Source of the DNA: Myxococcales bacterium | GTDB lineage: Bacteria; Myxococcota_A; Polyangia; Polyangiales; DASUME01 | Assembly: GCA_047601445.1 (NCBI GenBank) | Contig: JASGJH010000001.1 | Span: forward strand, 9,184,001 to 9,248,000 | Length of the DNA: 64,000 nt | Direction of reading: 5' to 3' | Part shown: piece by piece, positions 42,920-52,997 of the stretch | How the letters are laid out: each line of letters starts with the position of its first letter | Numbering within the stretch: the first letter of the stretch is position 1 | Position numbers and translations under genes: made by a program | The notes under the pieces: model-generated | Seen by the model: only the letters and a program-made list of their open reading frames with translations | What the model was told of the DNA's origin: nothing | The model's database searches: none

Positions 42920-43963
42920 CTATCGCGCGCAGCCAATTCGCTCGTCGTCCACCACGATTTCATCGAGCCAGGCGTCCATCTGTGAGCGCATCCCACTGTA
43001 GTCCTGGTAGTGCTCGAACCCGAACTCGAGGAACTGGAAGGTGGGGATGTGCCAGCTTTCCTTGGCCCCTCCGAGGTTGCTCTTGGAGTAGTGCATGGCC
43101 GGGTGCTCACGCCCGTCCCACCAGACGCGGATCTCGGCGTTGTCGCCCTGGCCGATGAACTCGAACTCGAAGCACATCCACTGGTCGCGGTGGGAGGCGT
43201 CGACCGCCTGGTAGCCGGCGGGGCCGTTCTTGTCGTCGAGCCCGACCTCCGTGCCGCCCCCGTAGTCGATGTTGACGAGCAGGTTTTGGTTCACGGCGCC
43301 CACGGCGCGCACGCTGAGATCCTGCTTGGTGTTGCCAGACACGTACTGGCCACCGGCTGCCGCGATGGTGTAGTGGATCAAGTTGTCGCAGGTCCAGTCG
43401 CAGTCCTTGCAGGGCTGGAAGCAGTGCAGGGGATCGGGCACGTAGTCGAAGTACAGGAACAAGCGTCCGAAGAAGTGGTTGCCCGTGGTGGCGAAGGTCT
43501 TGGTTTCGCGCAGCATCACGCGGGCGGTGCTGGCGGGTTGAGTGATGTGCAGGGACTTGCCGCCGCGGGCCGCGCGCGTGCTGTCCAGCGTGGCGCTGCC
43601 GCTGCCCCAGGTCTGCAGGGACCAGGTGGCGCTGTCGAGCTTCGCTCCTTCGAAGTCCTCGCACAGGAGAGCGCCCGAGCTCGCGCAACGCGAGGGCGAC
43701 CCGAGCCCGTAGGACTTGCGATCGGTGGGATCCGCGGGCGTCGTCGTGCCCGCATCGCGGCCGGCGTCGGCGGTCGAACCGGCGTCTTGGGTGGACGCGT
43801 CGGCGTGAGGACCTGCGTGCTGACCCGCGTCGTCGTCGGGCTGATCCGTCGCGCCGTCCATGAGTGAGCCTTGGCCGGCGTCGGCCGCGGGGGCGCCGTC
43901 ATCGCCACAGGCGACCAGCAGCACACACAACGGAAGGGCGGCGGAGAGGCTCGGAGCGCGCAT
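42920..43963 (-). CDS. Lipoprotein with jelly-roll-like (Cip1/polysaccharide-lyase-like) domain
   Basis: LLVA-C-GDD lipobox, DAG linker, LCEDFE, WMCFEFE, WLDEIVVDDERIGC. Confidence 0.7.
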   Translation of the reverse strand: MRAPSLSAALPLCVLLVACGDDGAPAADAGQGSLMDGATDQPDDDAGQHAGPHADASTQDAGSTADAGRDAGTTTPADPTDRKSYGLGSPSRCASSGALLCEDFEGAKLDSATWSLQTWGSGSATLDSTRAARGGKSLHITQPASTARVMLRETKTFATTGNHFFGRLFLYFDYVPDPLHCFQPCKDCDWTCDNLIHYTIAAAGGQYVSGNTKQDLSVRAVGAVNQNLLVNIDYGGGTEVGLDDKNGPAGYQAVDASHRDQWMCFEFEFIGQGDNAEIRVWWDGREHPAMHYSKSNLGGAKESWHIPTFQFLEFGFEHYQDYSGMRSQMDAWLDEIVVDDERIGCAR

Positions 43964-44010
43964 CGGGGCAGTGCACCGCGAAAGCGCGCTGTGCGTCAAC
44001 CCAAGAACAC

Positions 44011-44454
44011 TCAGGTCTCGCCGGACGCCGCCTCGAACGCAAAGCTCATGCTGTAATAATGCTGCTTTTCGACAATATCGATCGACATCGAGCCGCTCAG
44101 TCCGCGCAGCCCACCCGTGCCGGAGTCCGGTACCACCGTGAGCGAGAGTGTAGGTACACCGCGCGCCATTTGCCCGCTGTGCTGGAGCATGAAGCTGCCG
44201 TGACGCCCGTCGAGCGTGGCCACCACGTACTCGAGGGCGACGTAGCCCGCGGAGCCCGACGATGGGTTACCGGCGCTCATCATCTCGACCACGCTGATCC
44301 CCTGCATCTCACCCGAGAACTGCTTGTCGAAGCGGATCTTGCCGAGGGTCATGCCGGGCGATTCGGAGTCCGCCTCTCGTGTGGCGACACGCACCTCGAC
44401 GCTCTCTCTGGACCGAGCCTGGATCTCGAACGTGCCCTTGGCCATGCGCTGCAT
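44011..44454 (-). CDS. DUF3224-family protein
   Basis: AKGTFEI, KQFSGEMQG, AGYVALE, GSFMLQHSG, VVPDSGTGGLRGLSG; AAGGAG RBS. Confidence 0.85.
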   Translation of the reverse strand: MQRMAKGTFEIQARSRESVEVRVATREADSESPGMTLGKIRFDKQFSGEMQGISVVEMMSAGNPSSGSAGYVALEYVVATLDGRHGSFMLQHSGQMARGVPTLSLTVVPDSGTGGLRGLSGSMSIDIVEKQHYYSMSFAFEAASGET

Positions 44455-44512
44455 CTGCTACTCCTTCGTGGCACGCATGATCGCGCACGAGTTGGGGGAC
44501 AGCAAGTGACAG

Positions 44513-45520
44513 TCATGTGTTGTCGAGCACGGCGGCGCCGTTGACGCGGCTCTCCTTCACCGCTTGCAGGGCCTCGTTCACGGCCGACAGCGGGAAGAGC
44601 TCGCTATGGACCCGCACCTTGGCCTGAGCGGCCTCGGCCAGGAACGCGTGTCCGTCCGCGCGGGTGTTGTTCGCCACCGTGAGCACGCAGCGTTCTCCGT
44701 AGAGGAGCGAGTACGGCATGGTCGGGAGGTCGCTCATGTGGATACCGCCGAGCACGAGGCGCGCGCCGCGATCGAGGTGCGACAGCGCGAGCGGAACCAG
44801 CTCACCGGCCGGCGCGAACATCAGCGCCGCATCGAGCGGGACCGGAGGCGCTTCGCCAACCGGACCGGCCCAGACCGCGCCCAGCTGGCGCGCGAATTCC
44901 CGATGGCTGGGCTCGCGTGTGGCCACGAAGAGCTCCGCCCCGCGGTGGCGAGCGATTTGCAGGGCAATGTGGCCGGCTGCGCCGAACCCGTAGATGCCGA
45001 GGCGCGCGCCGCGGAAGTCGCTCAGACCGGCGTGGCTCAGCGCGCGGTGCCCGATGATGCCCGCGCACAGGAGGGGGGCCGCGTCGCGGTCGGAGAGCTC
45101 GCTCGGCAGGGGATACACGAAGTCTGCACGAGCTAGCAGGCACTCGGCGAAGCCACCTTGCACGGTGTAGCCGGTGAAGGTGGCCAGCTCGCACAGGTTC
45201 TCGCGACCGCGCTGGCACTGATGACAGCGCCCGCAGGTGCCATGCAGCCAGGCGACTCCCACGCGGCGCCCAATCCACGTGGCGTCCACCTCGGGGCCCA
45301 CCGCCTCCACCACGCCCACGGCTTGGTGTCCGGGGGCGATCCCACCTGGTACGCGCGCCGGCAGCTCGCCCTCGGCCACGTGAAGATCAGTTCGGCACAC
45401 CGCGCACACGTGAACGCGCACCCGCAGCTGTCCCGTACCCGGCTCGGGCAGCGGCCACTCGCGCGCCACGAGTGGGTGGCTCCGAAGCGGCCCTGGCTGC
45501 TCCACGACGAACGCTCGCAT
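44513..45520 (-). CDS. Zinc-dependent alcohol dehydrogenase (AdhA/CAD2-like)
   Basis: CRTDLH, PGHQAVG, CGRCHQCQRGRENLC, LLCAGIIG, YGFGAAG. Confidence 0.93.
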   Translation of the reverse strand: MRAFVVEQPGPLRSHPLVAREWPLPEPGTGQLRVRVHVCAVCRTDLHVAEGELPARVPGGIAPGHQAVGVVEAVGPEVDATWIGRRVGVAWLHGTCGRCHQCQRGRENLCELATFTGYTVQGGFAECLLARADFVYPLPSELSDRDAAPLLCAGIIGHRALSHAGLSDFRGARLGIYGFGAAGHIALQIARHRGAELFVATREPSHREFARQLGAVWAGPVGEAPPVPLDAALMFAPAGELVPLALSHLDRGARLVLGGIHMSDLPTMPYSLLYGERCVLTVANNTRADGHAFLAEAAQAKVRVHSELFPLSAVNEALQAVKESRVNGAAVLDNT

Positions 45521-45540
45521 CGGGTAACTTTACGGCGCGT

Positions 45541-46329
45541 TCAGCGACAAGCGTAGGGGGTCGCAACCGTCTCGGTGTTGGCCTTGCAAAACACCACGGT
45601 CAGCGTGGTTGCACAGCTCTCGAGCACCTTGCTGCCGCAGTAAGCGTTGGCTCCGTTGGCGGCGCGCGCGGTCTTTAGATAGCCAGACTTGCTGCACGTG
45701 GGGCCCACCGTAGTGGCGCACTTGGGGTCGATGGATTGACTGGGATTCCCCTCTTCGCCGCCCGAGCAGTCGTAGTCGAAGGAGACCGCACCATCGAGAC
45801 GCACGAACCCGTCGCCGAAGAAGTTCTTTTGCCCGGGATGCACGTTGCGATTGTTGTCCTCGCAGTCACCCGTATGCTGCGCCCAGGCTTTGCCAGGCGC
45901 GCCGCAGCTCGGCTTGGCTGGACCCGAACCGTAGCCATCGCCGTCTTGGTCGGCGTACCAGTTGGTGGGAGCCGTACAGGGCTCGCCGGGAGCAGGCGTG
46001 GGCGTGGGCTCGGGCGTGGCGGGTTCTTCGGGGCTGACAGGAGGTTCGTCGGGCCCGTCGCCTGCCGAATCGTCGGGCGCTGGCGACGCTGGATCGCCCG
46101 CGTCGGGAGCTCCCTTGTGCCCGTTCTGCATGGGCGCGGCGGCGTCGGAAAAATCCGCCGGATCGAGGGCACCGGCATCGAGATTCCCGAGTGCGTCCGG
46201 GGGAATGTCACCCAGCACGAGCTCGCAACCAGCTGCGCCGAGCCCCCACGCGAGCAGTGCTGCTCGTGTCGAAAGGGGGGATCGATGCAGCCTCCCGCGA
46301 ACGGAACGGAGAGCGACGAGGAGGGCCAT
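45541..46329 (-). CDS. Cys-rich lipoprotein with putative metal-binding (MopE-like) motif
   Basis: AAG-C lipobox; WYADQDGDGYG...GDCEDNNRNVHPG...FDYDCSG. Confidence 0.75.
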   Translation of the reverse strand: MALLVALRSVRGRLHRSPLSTRAALLAWGLGAAGCELVLGDIPPDALGNLDAGALDPADFSDAAAPMQNGHKGAPDAGDPASPAPDDSAGDGPDEPPVSPEEPATPEPTPTPAPGEPCTAPTNWYADQDGDGYGSGPAKPSCGAPGKAWAQHTGDCEDNNRNVHPGQKNFFGDGFVRLDGAVSFDYDCSGGEEGNPSQSIDPKCATTVGPTCSKSGYLKTARAANGANAYCGSKVLESCATTLTVVFCKANTETVATPYACR

Positions 46330-46435
46330 TTGCCCTTACTGTGGGGCCTCGGGCTCCGGATTATGAGGCGCGTCGGGAACTCATAATCGAGCCCCTTTTC
46401 CCCCACGGTAGAGCCAAGAACGGCTTCCTTGGCTT

Positions 46436-47473
46436 ATGCGACCATCCTCACGTTTCGCTCTCGCACTTTCTTTCTGGGCCGCGCAGGCCTGGTGGTTCCC
46501 GAGCGTGCTCGCCGCGCAGCCGCCCAGGCGCAAGCACAGCGTGGCCGAGGCGCCGCCACGCGCGGATCACGAGCAGGAAGGTGAGCGCGCATTAAGCGAA
46601 GGCCGCCACGCGGATGCCGCGCGCGCCTTCATGGCCGCCGACGACGATCAGCGCAGCATGGCGGTGCTAGGACGCGCGTTCGAGGCCGCGAATCTGTCGA
46701 GTGAGCCGCTGCTCCTCGTGCAAGTGTCGGAGCGCATCCTTTCGCGTCCCGAGGTGTCCGACGATGGACGCACTCTGGCGCGTCGCGCGGTGGCCAAGGC
46801 CAGTGATCACCTCACGCAGCTCGAGTTGGTATGTGGCGATCGGGCCTGTGAATTCGAGGTCGATGGAGCGCCGGCCCTCGAGGGAATCTCGTACTGGATG
46901 CCAGGTGTGCACGAGGTCCGTCTCAAGGGCTCGGAAGCGTCTGGCGTGCAGGTTCGGTGCGCGGCGCGCGCGATCTGTCGGCTGACCTTGCCGCAAGCCG
47001 AGGCGGCCACGGCGGTGACGACCGCGAGTAGCGCAAGCAGCGCCGCCCCGGTGCTGTTGGAGCCCGCCCCAGCCGCCGCGCAGCCACCCGAAGAGCCCGT
47101 CAGCGCGACGCCGCGCGAGCTCCCCGTCACGGCCCGTGCACCACGCGAGCCGCCCCGCCAGCGTGGCTCGCGCTTCCCGCTCGGTGTGCTCGTCACCAGC
47201 TCCATCGCGGCCGCTGGCCTGGGCGCCACCGCCGTCTGGTCCGGCATGGAGGCGCTCAAGGCGCGCGACCTGCACGATACCAACCCGGCAGCCTACGACG
47301 CAGACGCCGTGCGGACCGATGCACGTCGTACCGACTACCTGCTGATCGGCGCGGGTGCCTGCGCGGCGCTGGCCGCGGTCACGGCCATCTGGTGGGTCAA
47401 GTGGGACGAGCGCCGCAGCACCAGCTTTTCACTTGAAGGCACCGGCGGCATCAGGGCGTCGCACCGCTTTTGA
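46436..47473 (+). CDS. Secreted/membrane hypothetical protein (TPR-like + PEGA-like + two C-terminal TM helices), myxobacterial type
   Basis: Signal peptide, helical N-domain, FEVDG...PGVHEVRL, Pro linker, two hydrophobic helices, terminal F. Confidence 0.6.
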   Translation: MRPSSRFALALSFWAAQAWWFPSVLAAQPPRRKHSVAEAPPRADHEQEGERALSEGRHADAARAFMAADDDQRSMAVLGRAFEAANLSSEPLLLVQVSERILSRPEVSDDGRTLARRAVAKASDHLTQLELVCGDRACEFEVDGAPALEGISYWMPGVHEVRLKGSEASGVQVRCAARAICRLTLPQAEAATAVTTASSASSAAPVLLEPAPAAAQPPEEPVSATPRELPVTARAPREPPRQRGSRFPLGVLVTSSIAAAGLGATAVWSGMEALKARDLHDTNPAAYDADAVRTDARRTDYLLIGAGACAALAAVTAIWWVKWDERRSTSFSLEGTGGIRASHRF

Positions 47474-47500
47474 TGCGCCGCGCGTCCGCGGGCACGCACG

Positions 47501-48106
47501 CTACTGCGCGGGCACGATGCGGATGTGGGACTCGACGCGCCTGGCGTTCTCTTGCGCGATGTCCTCGACCAGTTTGCGGTCCACGGCGCTGGGCATGTTT
47601 CCGAACAGGATGGCCTTGTCGCCCTGCGTGACCACCGTAATCGCCGCACCGCCGTTGGGCAGCTCGGCCGTGCTTGCCATGGCGGTCAGGATGCGCTCCT
47701 TGGCCTCGAGCGCTTCCTGCGTGCTGCCCTGCTCGAGGTTGTACTTGGACAGAGGGATCGTGCTGCGCGCGAAGATCGGCGCAGCATTCGTGCGCCCAGT
47801 GCCGGGCATCTCACGCTTGCCGCGTCGCGCCGTGGGCTGGCTCGCGGCGCTCTTCCTGTGCGACGGTTCGATCAGCTCACCCGAGGCGGAAGCGGTCTCG
47901 CGCCGGATCTGCGGAGCGGGCAGCTCCATGAACTCTTCGTCGTCGATCACGTACGCCGCCTGGGGTGGATTCAGCGGCAAATCTTCGTGCGCGAGGGCAG
48001 CCTTCCTGGCTTGCTCGGCGGACTCCGCTTTCTTCGCTTTCGTGTGAGCGCAGGCCGAGAGCAACAGGCCGCCGCAGGTGATGGCGAGAAGCCCAAGAGA
48101 TCGCAT
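47501..48106 (-). CDS. Lipoprotein with C-terminal BON-like domain
   Basis: GAGGAGG RBS; LLSA-C lipobox; ITVVTQGDKAILFGNMPS...VEDIA...RVESHIRIV. Confidence 0.7.
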   Translation of the reverse strand: MRSLGLLAITCGGLLLSACAHTKAKKAESAEQARKAALAHEDLPLNPPQAAYVIDDEEFMELPAPQIRRETASASGELIEPSHRKSAASQPTARRGKREMPGTGRTNAAPIFARSTIPLSKYNLEQGSTQEALEAKERILTAMASTAELPNGGAAITVVTQGDKAILFGNMPSAVDRKLVEDIAQENARRVESHIRIVPAQ

Positions 48107-48212
48107 GAGGTTCCTCCTCTTGGATGACAGCGAGATTGCGTGAACATCCGCTCGCATGGCTCGGCAGCACGGAACGAATCCGCGCAGCCGTCACGCTCGC
48201 AGAGCACTGCTT

Positions 48213-48228
48213 TGCAGGTTGCGTTCCA
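48213..48228 (-). promoter_or_regulatory. Sigma54-like promoter TGGAACGCAACCTGCA
   Basis: GG-N10-GC spacing, about 105 bp upstream of the BON lipoprotein start. Confidence 0.5.
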
Positions 48229-48345
48229 GCACGCATGAGCCCGCATCGTCGCGCCAGCGAGCACTGATTTCGACGCGATTTGCCGCGCAATTCGGCGAGG
48301 CCGCGCTCCAACCGGCCAAGCTTGCTGCGGCGCCACACCCCATTC

Positions 48346-50070
48346 TCAGGGTGCGGTCAAGCGCGGGAGCGAGCGCGCCGAGGAGTGCTCGGAGTCGGGC
48401 GCCCGAAGGGGCTCGGGCCGTACCCCCGCTGTCGAGAAGGGGAGGATCACATGGCTCGCATGGTTCGCGTCGCGCCATACGCTCAGCGTGGTGGTCACGG
48501 GCGCGGGCTTGCGTGCCAGTGGCTCCGCGCGGTTCGGGTTGGGTTCGTAGCGAGGCGAACTCGACCCCGAGATGGCAATCCGCAGTGACTGTCCGCGCGC
48601 GAGCCGCAGCGCCACCGGGCCGAGCTCGACCTCGAGCTTCGTGGCCTCGCCGGGCACGAGCGGCGTGAGCCGCCCGGTGCCGCCAGCGAAGCGTCCTCGC
48701 GCGATTCCGTCGGTGAGCGCGAACACGTGGCCTCCCCGGGTGACCACCTCCAGCCGCACCACGACGTCTACGTCGCTCGTCGCGCTCGCAACCCAGAGTT
48801 CGGCCCGAGGGTTGCCGACGATCTCGGTCACCTCGGGCACGGGCGGCGTCTGGAACACGAGCACGTCCGGGCGCGCGTCGATCGCGCTCTGCTCGAAAGG
48901 CCCAGCCGGCGTCGTCAGGTTGCCCCCTCCGTGCGATGGCACCGGATGGAGCGGATCGCAGGGTACCGACGCGGGCGCGGCGTCCGCGGGGCTCGATGCG
49001 AGGCTGCCGTTTGCGCCCAGGTAGAGCGACTCGAGAGGCGCCTCCGAAGGTGGCCAGCGCGGACCGGTGCGCCATTCACCGCGCGCTTCGAAGCGAGAGG
49101 TCCCAGCGTCCGGATCTTTCACCGGACGATCCGTTACTTCCATGACGTAGTAGCGCACGGGGGCGAGGTCGGGGCGTGGCTCACCGCGCAGACACCAGTC
49201 GAAGTACGCGATGAATTCCGGGTCAAAGCCGGCGTAGGGAGTGTCCGCCGGAAACAGCAGCTGGCCTTGGCCGCGCTCGCTCGGACCGCCGTGGGTCCAG
49301 GGTCCGAGCACGAGGAACACATCGCGGCGCGCGCTCGGCGCTACGTGCGCCTGCAGCTCGCTCAACGCGCGCACCTGGTTGCTGGCGAAGATGTCGAACA
49401 GGCCCCCTAAAATGAACACCGGGTGCGCGATGTTCGCCATCTCCGCGCGCGAGAGGGTCGCGGCATCCCAGTAGGAGTCACGCACTTCGTGGGCCTTCCA
49501 TTGCGCGATCACGGGCTCTTCGTGCAGCCCCTCGAGCCAGCGCGTCCCGAGCTCGGTGCGCCACGCGCCGCCAGGATACATCCCCGCGTAAACGTCGTGG
49601 GTGGGCATGCCCACGCTAGCGCAACGCAACGCGCGCGGAGCGCTCGCCATCGCCATGTACTGCACGATGCCTTCGGCCGACGAGCCGTAGCTGCCCACGC
49701 GTCCGTTCGACCACGGCTGCTGCGCGATCCAGTCGAGTGTGGCCTTGCCGTCGATCTTGTCGTCGAAGAAGGGCAAGAACTCACCGTCGCTCTCACCCCG
49801 TCCGCGCACGTCCTGGGACACCACGCTGTAGCCCGCCATGATCGCCCGCTGAACTTCGCGGAAGCGGATGCCGCGACCATAGGGCGTGCGGCGCAACAAC
49901 ACGGGTCGCGGCTTTCCATGAAGCCAGGGACGCCACACGTCGGTGGCCAGCATGGCTCCATCGGGCATCCGCACGCGGACGCTCTCGCGGGTGGCCAAGC
50001 CCAAGTACAGAAGGACGCAGATCGCCGTGAGGCCCAATAGCGCTGCTGCTGCGACGAGCCGAGTGCGCAT
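48346..50070 (-). CDS. CocE/NonD family hydrolase (peptidase S15-like)
   Basis: MPDGAMLATDVWRP, RTPYG, QDVRGRGESDG, WSNGRVGSYGSSAEG, LGPWTH; own signal/TM starting at ATG 50070. Confidence 0.9.
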   Translation of the reverse strand: MRTRLVAAAALLGLTAICVLLYLGLATRESVRVRMPDGAMLATDVWRPWLHGKPRPVLLRRTPYGRGIRFREVQRAIMAGYSVVSQDVRGRGESDGEFLPFFDDKIDGKATLDWIAQQPWSNGRVGSYGSSAEGIVQYMAMASAPRALRCASVGMPTHDVYAGMYPGGAWRTELGTRWLEGLHEEPVIAQWKAHEVRDSYWDAATLSRAEMANIAHPVFILGGLFDIFASNQVRALSELQAHVAPSARRDVFLVLGPWTHGGPSERGQGQLLFPADTPYAGFDPEFIAYFDWCLRGEPRPDLAPVRYYVMEVTDRPVKDPDAGTSRFEARGEWRTGPRWPPSEAPLESLYLGANGSLASSPADAAPASVPCDPLHPVPSHGGGNLTTPAGPFEQSAIDARPDVLVFQTPPVPEVTEIVGNPRAELWVASATSDVDVVVRLEVVTRGGHVFALTDGIARGRFAGGTGRLTPLVPGEATKLEVELGPVALRLARGQSLRIAISGSSSPRYEPNPNRAEPLARKPAPVTTTLSVWRDANHASHVILPFSTAGVRPEPLRAPDSEHSSARSLPRLTAP

Positions 50071-50144
50071 TGGACTAGAACGTACAGCGTCGTGGCGAGG
50101 TGCGCCGCGTCCGCCGTGAAAAATCCCCAAGCAGGCTCGGATTC

Positions 50145-51018
50145 TCAGGGCGGTGACGTCGCGATGCAGGAGGCGATAGTGCTGCCTTTTCCATCGCAGG
50201 TGCCTGAGAATCGAGGGACCTCCATACGGGTCCCAGATGCTGCACGACTGCCCCGAAGGCGCTGGCAAGCACGCTCCGACGACGTCGCCGTCGCAACCAT
50301 GGGCGCATGGCTCGCCATTGTTTCCGCCCCAGCTGGCGCACAGGGTCGTCCAGTCGCTTTGTAGGATGCACTCTTGCTGAAAGCAGAAGCCCCGCGTGCA
50401 AGCGCTGCCAGTTGCGCAGGTCTTGTTGTCGTCGTTCGGGCCGCAGCTAACGACGTTCACGAAGTAGCGCTTCACGCAGGTCCCCGAGCTCCCACACTTG
50501 TGATCGGGCGCGCAGTCGCTGCCGTTCTTGCAATGCTTGTATTGAGCGCACCTCGCGCAGGTGTCGCCGCCGCAGTCCGTGTCGCTCTCCGTACCGTCCT
50601 TGACGCCGTTCCGGCACCCATCGCCAGCGTCTTCGGGCGCGCTCGCGTCCTTGCCGGCATCTTCGGGCGCGCTCGCGTCCTTGCCAGCGTCTTCGGGCGC
50701 GCTCGCGTCCTTGCCAGCATCTTCGGGCGCGCTCGCGTCTTTGCCAGCGTCGTGCCCATGGTCGCCTCCGTCGACCGCACCATCACTGCCGACGCGGGCA
50801 TCGTCCGCGGCCTGGCCAGCCTCGGCAGGGGCTTCATCGGTATCGGGCTGCGCGCTTTCAATCTGCGCATCCATCCTGAAGGGGGCCTCGCCGTCGTCGT
50901 GCGCCTGGGCCGCGTCGCTCGAGGCTTCCTTCGTGCCGCCATCCCGTTGGACAGGGGCGTCATCACTGCAGGCCGCGACGGTGAGAGTCGTGAAGAGGCG
51001 GAGGAGCCAGCGTCGCAT
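50145..51018 (-). pseudogene. Cys-rich lipoprotein gene with an apparent 1-nt frameshift near 50215-50220
   Basis: VAA-C-SDD lipobox; CRNGVKDGTESDTDCGG repeat; the +1 frame supplies a natural end FSGTCDGKGSTIASCIATSPP* (TGA 50145-50147). Could be a sequencing indel. Confidence 0.6.
50623..50751. repeat. 30-bp tandem repeat, about 4.3 copies, encoding GKDASAPEDA
   Basis: GCCAGCGTCTTCGGGCGCGCTCGCGTCCTT units with only synonymous differences. Confidence 0.95.
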
Positions 51019-51330
51019 GGCGGTTCGGTTGCTCGCGAGGAATGGGGCATTCGTCCTGAACGTCCGTTTCACCCCGCCCCCCGGTTCGTACTTTGCGGCG
51101 GTGGGCCGCCCGCCCTGAGCCCCCGGATCGATTGACCTTCCAGCCGGAGCGTTTGTCTCCAAGGTCAGAAGAAAGTCTAGGTGTGTCATACCGCCCTACG
51201 CGGTTGGCTTACACACTCCGCACACGGTGGAGCGGCCTTTTTGCGCCGAGACTGGATCAAAATCGGGCTCCTCCCCGGGCGGCCAGGGCATTGGCCGGGA
51301 CCAAAGGTTCAGGTACGGGAGCGCGCAAAA

Positions 51331-52989
51331 ATGATGAATCGCCGGGGCAGCTGGGTGGCAGCGCTGTGCGTCGTGATGGGGTGTGCTGGCGGGGCCAACG
51401 GGCCCAAGAAGGATGGCGGGACTGGTTCGCCCGGTCCGGTTCTCGACGCCGGGAATGACGGCGGCCTGCCGGCGAGCGGCGACGGCGACGCAGACGACGG
51501 CGACGACGCGGGTGGCGCCGGCGATGGCGGCGCCAACGGCCACCTCGACAGCGGCAATCCCGGCCCCGGTACGGGTGGTGGTGATGGCGACGGTGATGGC
51601 GATGGCGATGGCGATGGTGACGCCGGCGCCCAGACCGACGGCAACGTGCCTTACGAAGCGTTCTGCTCTGGCAAGGGACCCGTCATCAAGGTGCCCACCA
51701 CGCAGACCGACGTCACCAACGGCACGGGCGGCGTGTGCACCGGCACCATCGCGCGCAAGCTGTTCAAGAACGCCCTCTGCACCTGCGAAAATGCCTATTT
51801 CGCGGGCTACCTCGACACTGCCTTCTACACCGAGAACGACGATGGCAGTCGCTCGTGGGAGACTGGCGGCGCGGTCGGCATCAACGGCTCGTACTACTCG
51901 GGCTCGTTCACGGACGTCGGCGGCGACCTGCGCATCTACGGCGCGACCGACGTGGCCGACGATTGGGACAGCCACCTCAAGGACCCCTCGCTCGTGGGCG
52001 GTTGGGTGGACGTCTGGGGCGAGCTCGAGATCGCCGACACCATGGTGCACGCGGGCCTGCTCACGGTTTGGGACGACGCCAAGATCAACGAGCTGGACAT
52101 CGCGGGCGCCTGCAACATCGCGGGCAATCTGACCTATGGAGACAGCGCAAACGCGGCGCTGGCGTGCTTGAAGTTCGATGCCACGCAGAAGAAGCCGCTC
52201 GGTCTCGAGCCGCCCTGTCCGTGCGAGCCCAAGGATCTGCTCGACATCGAGACCGTCGTGCACCAGGCGAGCTTGCCCGGCGGTAACGACAACGCGAACC
52301 CTGCGGTGAAGCTCGCGGCCGACCGCCTCAAGAACATCACGCCCATCGACGTGGAGCACATCACGCTGCCCTGCGGTCGCTACTACCTCGACGAGATCAA
52401 CGTCATCGGCGCTGTCCGCATCACCGTCACCGGCCGCGTGGCGCTGTTCGTGGAAGGGGACGTGAAGACCACGGGCCTGTTCGACATCGACCTGCAGGGG
52501 CCTGATGCCGAGCTCGACCTCTTCATCGGCGGCAACCTGATCCAGACCGGCTTCATGCCCACGGGCAATCCGAATCGCGCGGCGGACCTGCGCGTCTACG
52601 TGGGCGGCAACGGTGCGATCCTGCTCACCGGCTACCAGCCCTTCTCGGGCAACCTCTACGCGCCCAACGCCTTGGTCAACATCGAGGGCTTCCTCGACAT
52701 GAACGGCTCGCTGTTCGCCAAGAATCTGCACTCTGACGGCTACGTGAAGATCCACTATGACGCCGCCATTCTCGACCAGGGCGACGACGACGCGTGCTTC
52801 CCGCCGCCGCCGCCGCCGCCGCCCGGTGAGCCGCCCCCGCCCGAGTGCACCGATGCTTGCGAAGAGCAATGCAAGGGCGGCAACACCTGCATCGGCGGCG
52901 AGTGCAAGGGCTGCGTCACCGACGACGACTGCTGCGGGTCGCTCATGTGTTACAAGACGCTCGGCCGCTGCGGCGCGCGCGTGCAGTGA
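51331..52989 (+). CDS. Lipoprotein with (GD)n linker, beta-helix-like adhesin domain (DUF7305-like), poly-Pro and Cys-rich tail
   Basis: VMG-C lipobox; LPCGRYYL, ALFVEGDV, GNLYAPNA, IHYDAAIL; PPPPPPPP; Cys-rich C-terminus; start set to ATG 51331. Confidence 0.8.
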   Translation: MMNRRGSWVAALCVVMGCAGGANGPKKDGGTGSPGPVLDAGNDGGLPASGDGDADDGDDAGGAGDGGANGHLDSGNPGPGTGGGDGDGDGDGDGDGDAGAQTDGNVPYEAFCSGKGPVIKVPTTQTDVTNGTGGVCTGTIARKLFKNALCTCENAYFAGYLDTAFYTENDDGSRSWETGGAVGINGSYYSGSFTDVGGDLRIYGATDVADDWDSHLKDPSLVGGWVDVWGELEIADTMVHAGLLTVWDDAKINELDIAGACNIAGNLTYGDSANAALACLKFDATQKKPLGLEPPCPCEPKDLLDIETVVHQASLPGGNDNANPAVKLAADRLKNITPIDVEHITLPCGRYYLDEINVIGAVRITVTGRVALFVEGDVKTTGLFDIDLQGPDAELDLFIGGNLIQTGFMPTGNPNRAADLRVYVGGNGAILLTGYQPFSGNLYAPNALVNIEGFLDMNGSLFAKNLHSDGYVKIHYDAAILDQGDDDACFPPPPPPPPGEPPPPECTDACEEQCKGGNTCIGGECKGCVTDDDCCGSLMCYKTLGRCGARVQ

Positions 52990-52997
52990 GGAATCGC

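Noticed and set aside
50140..50212. Shufflon-type invertible segment between 10-bp inverted repeats
   Set aside because: Inversion gives only a short Arg-rich tail then a stop, and no recombinase gene is in the window.
48346..51189. Single 947-aa protein as listed in the ORF track
   Set aside because: Best explained as two genes joined by a frameshift; the hydrolase has its own start and signal sequence.
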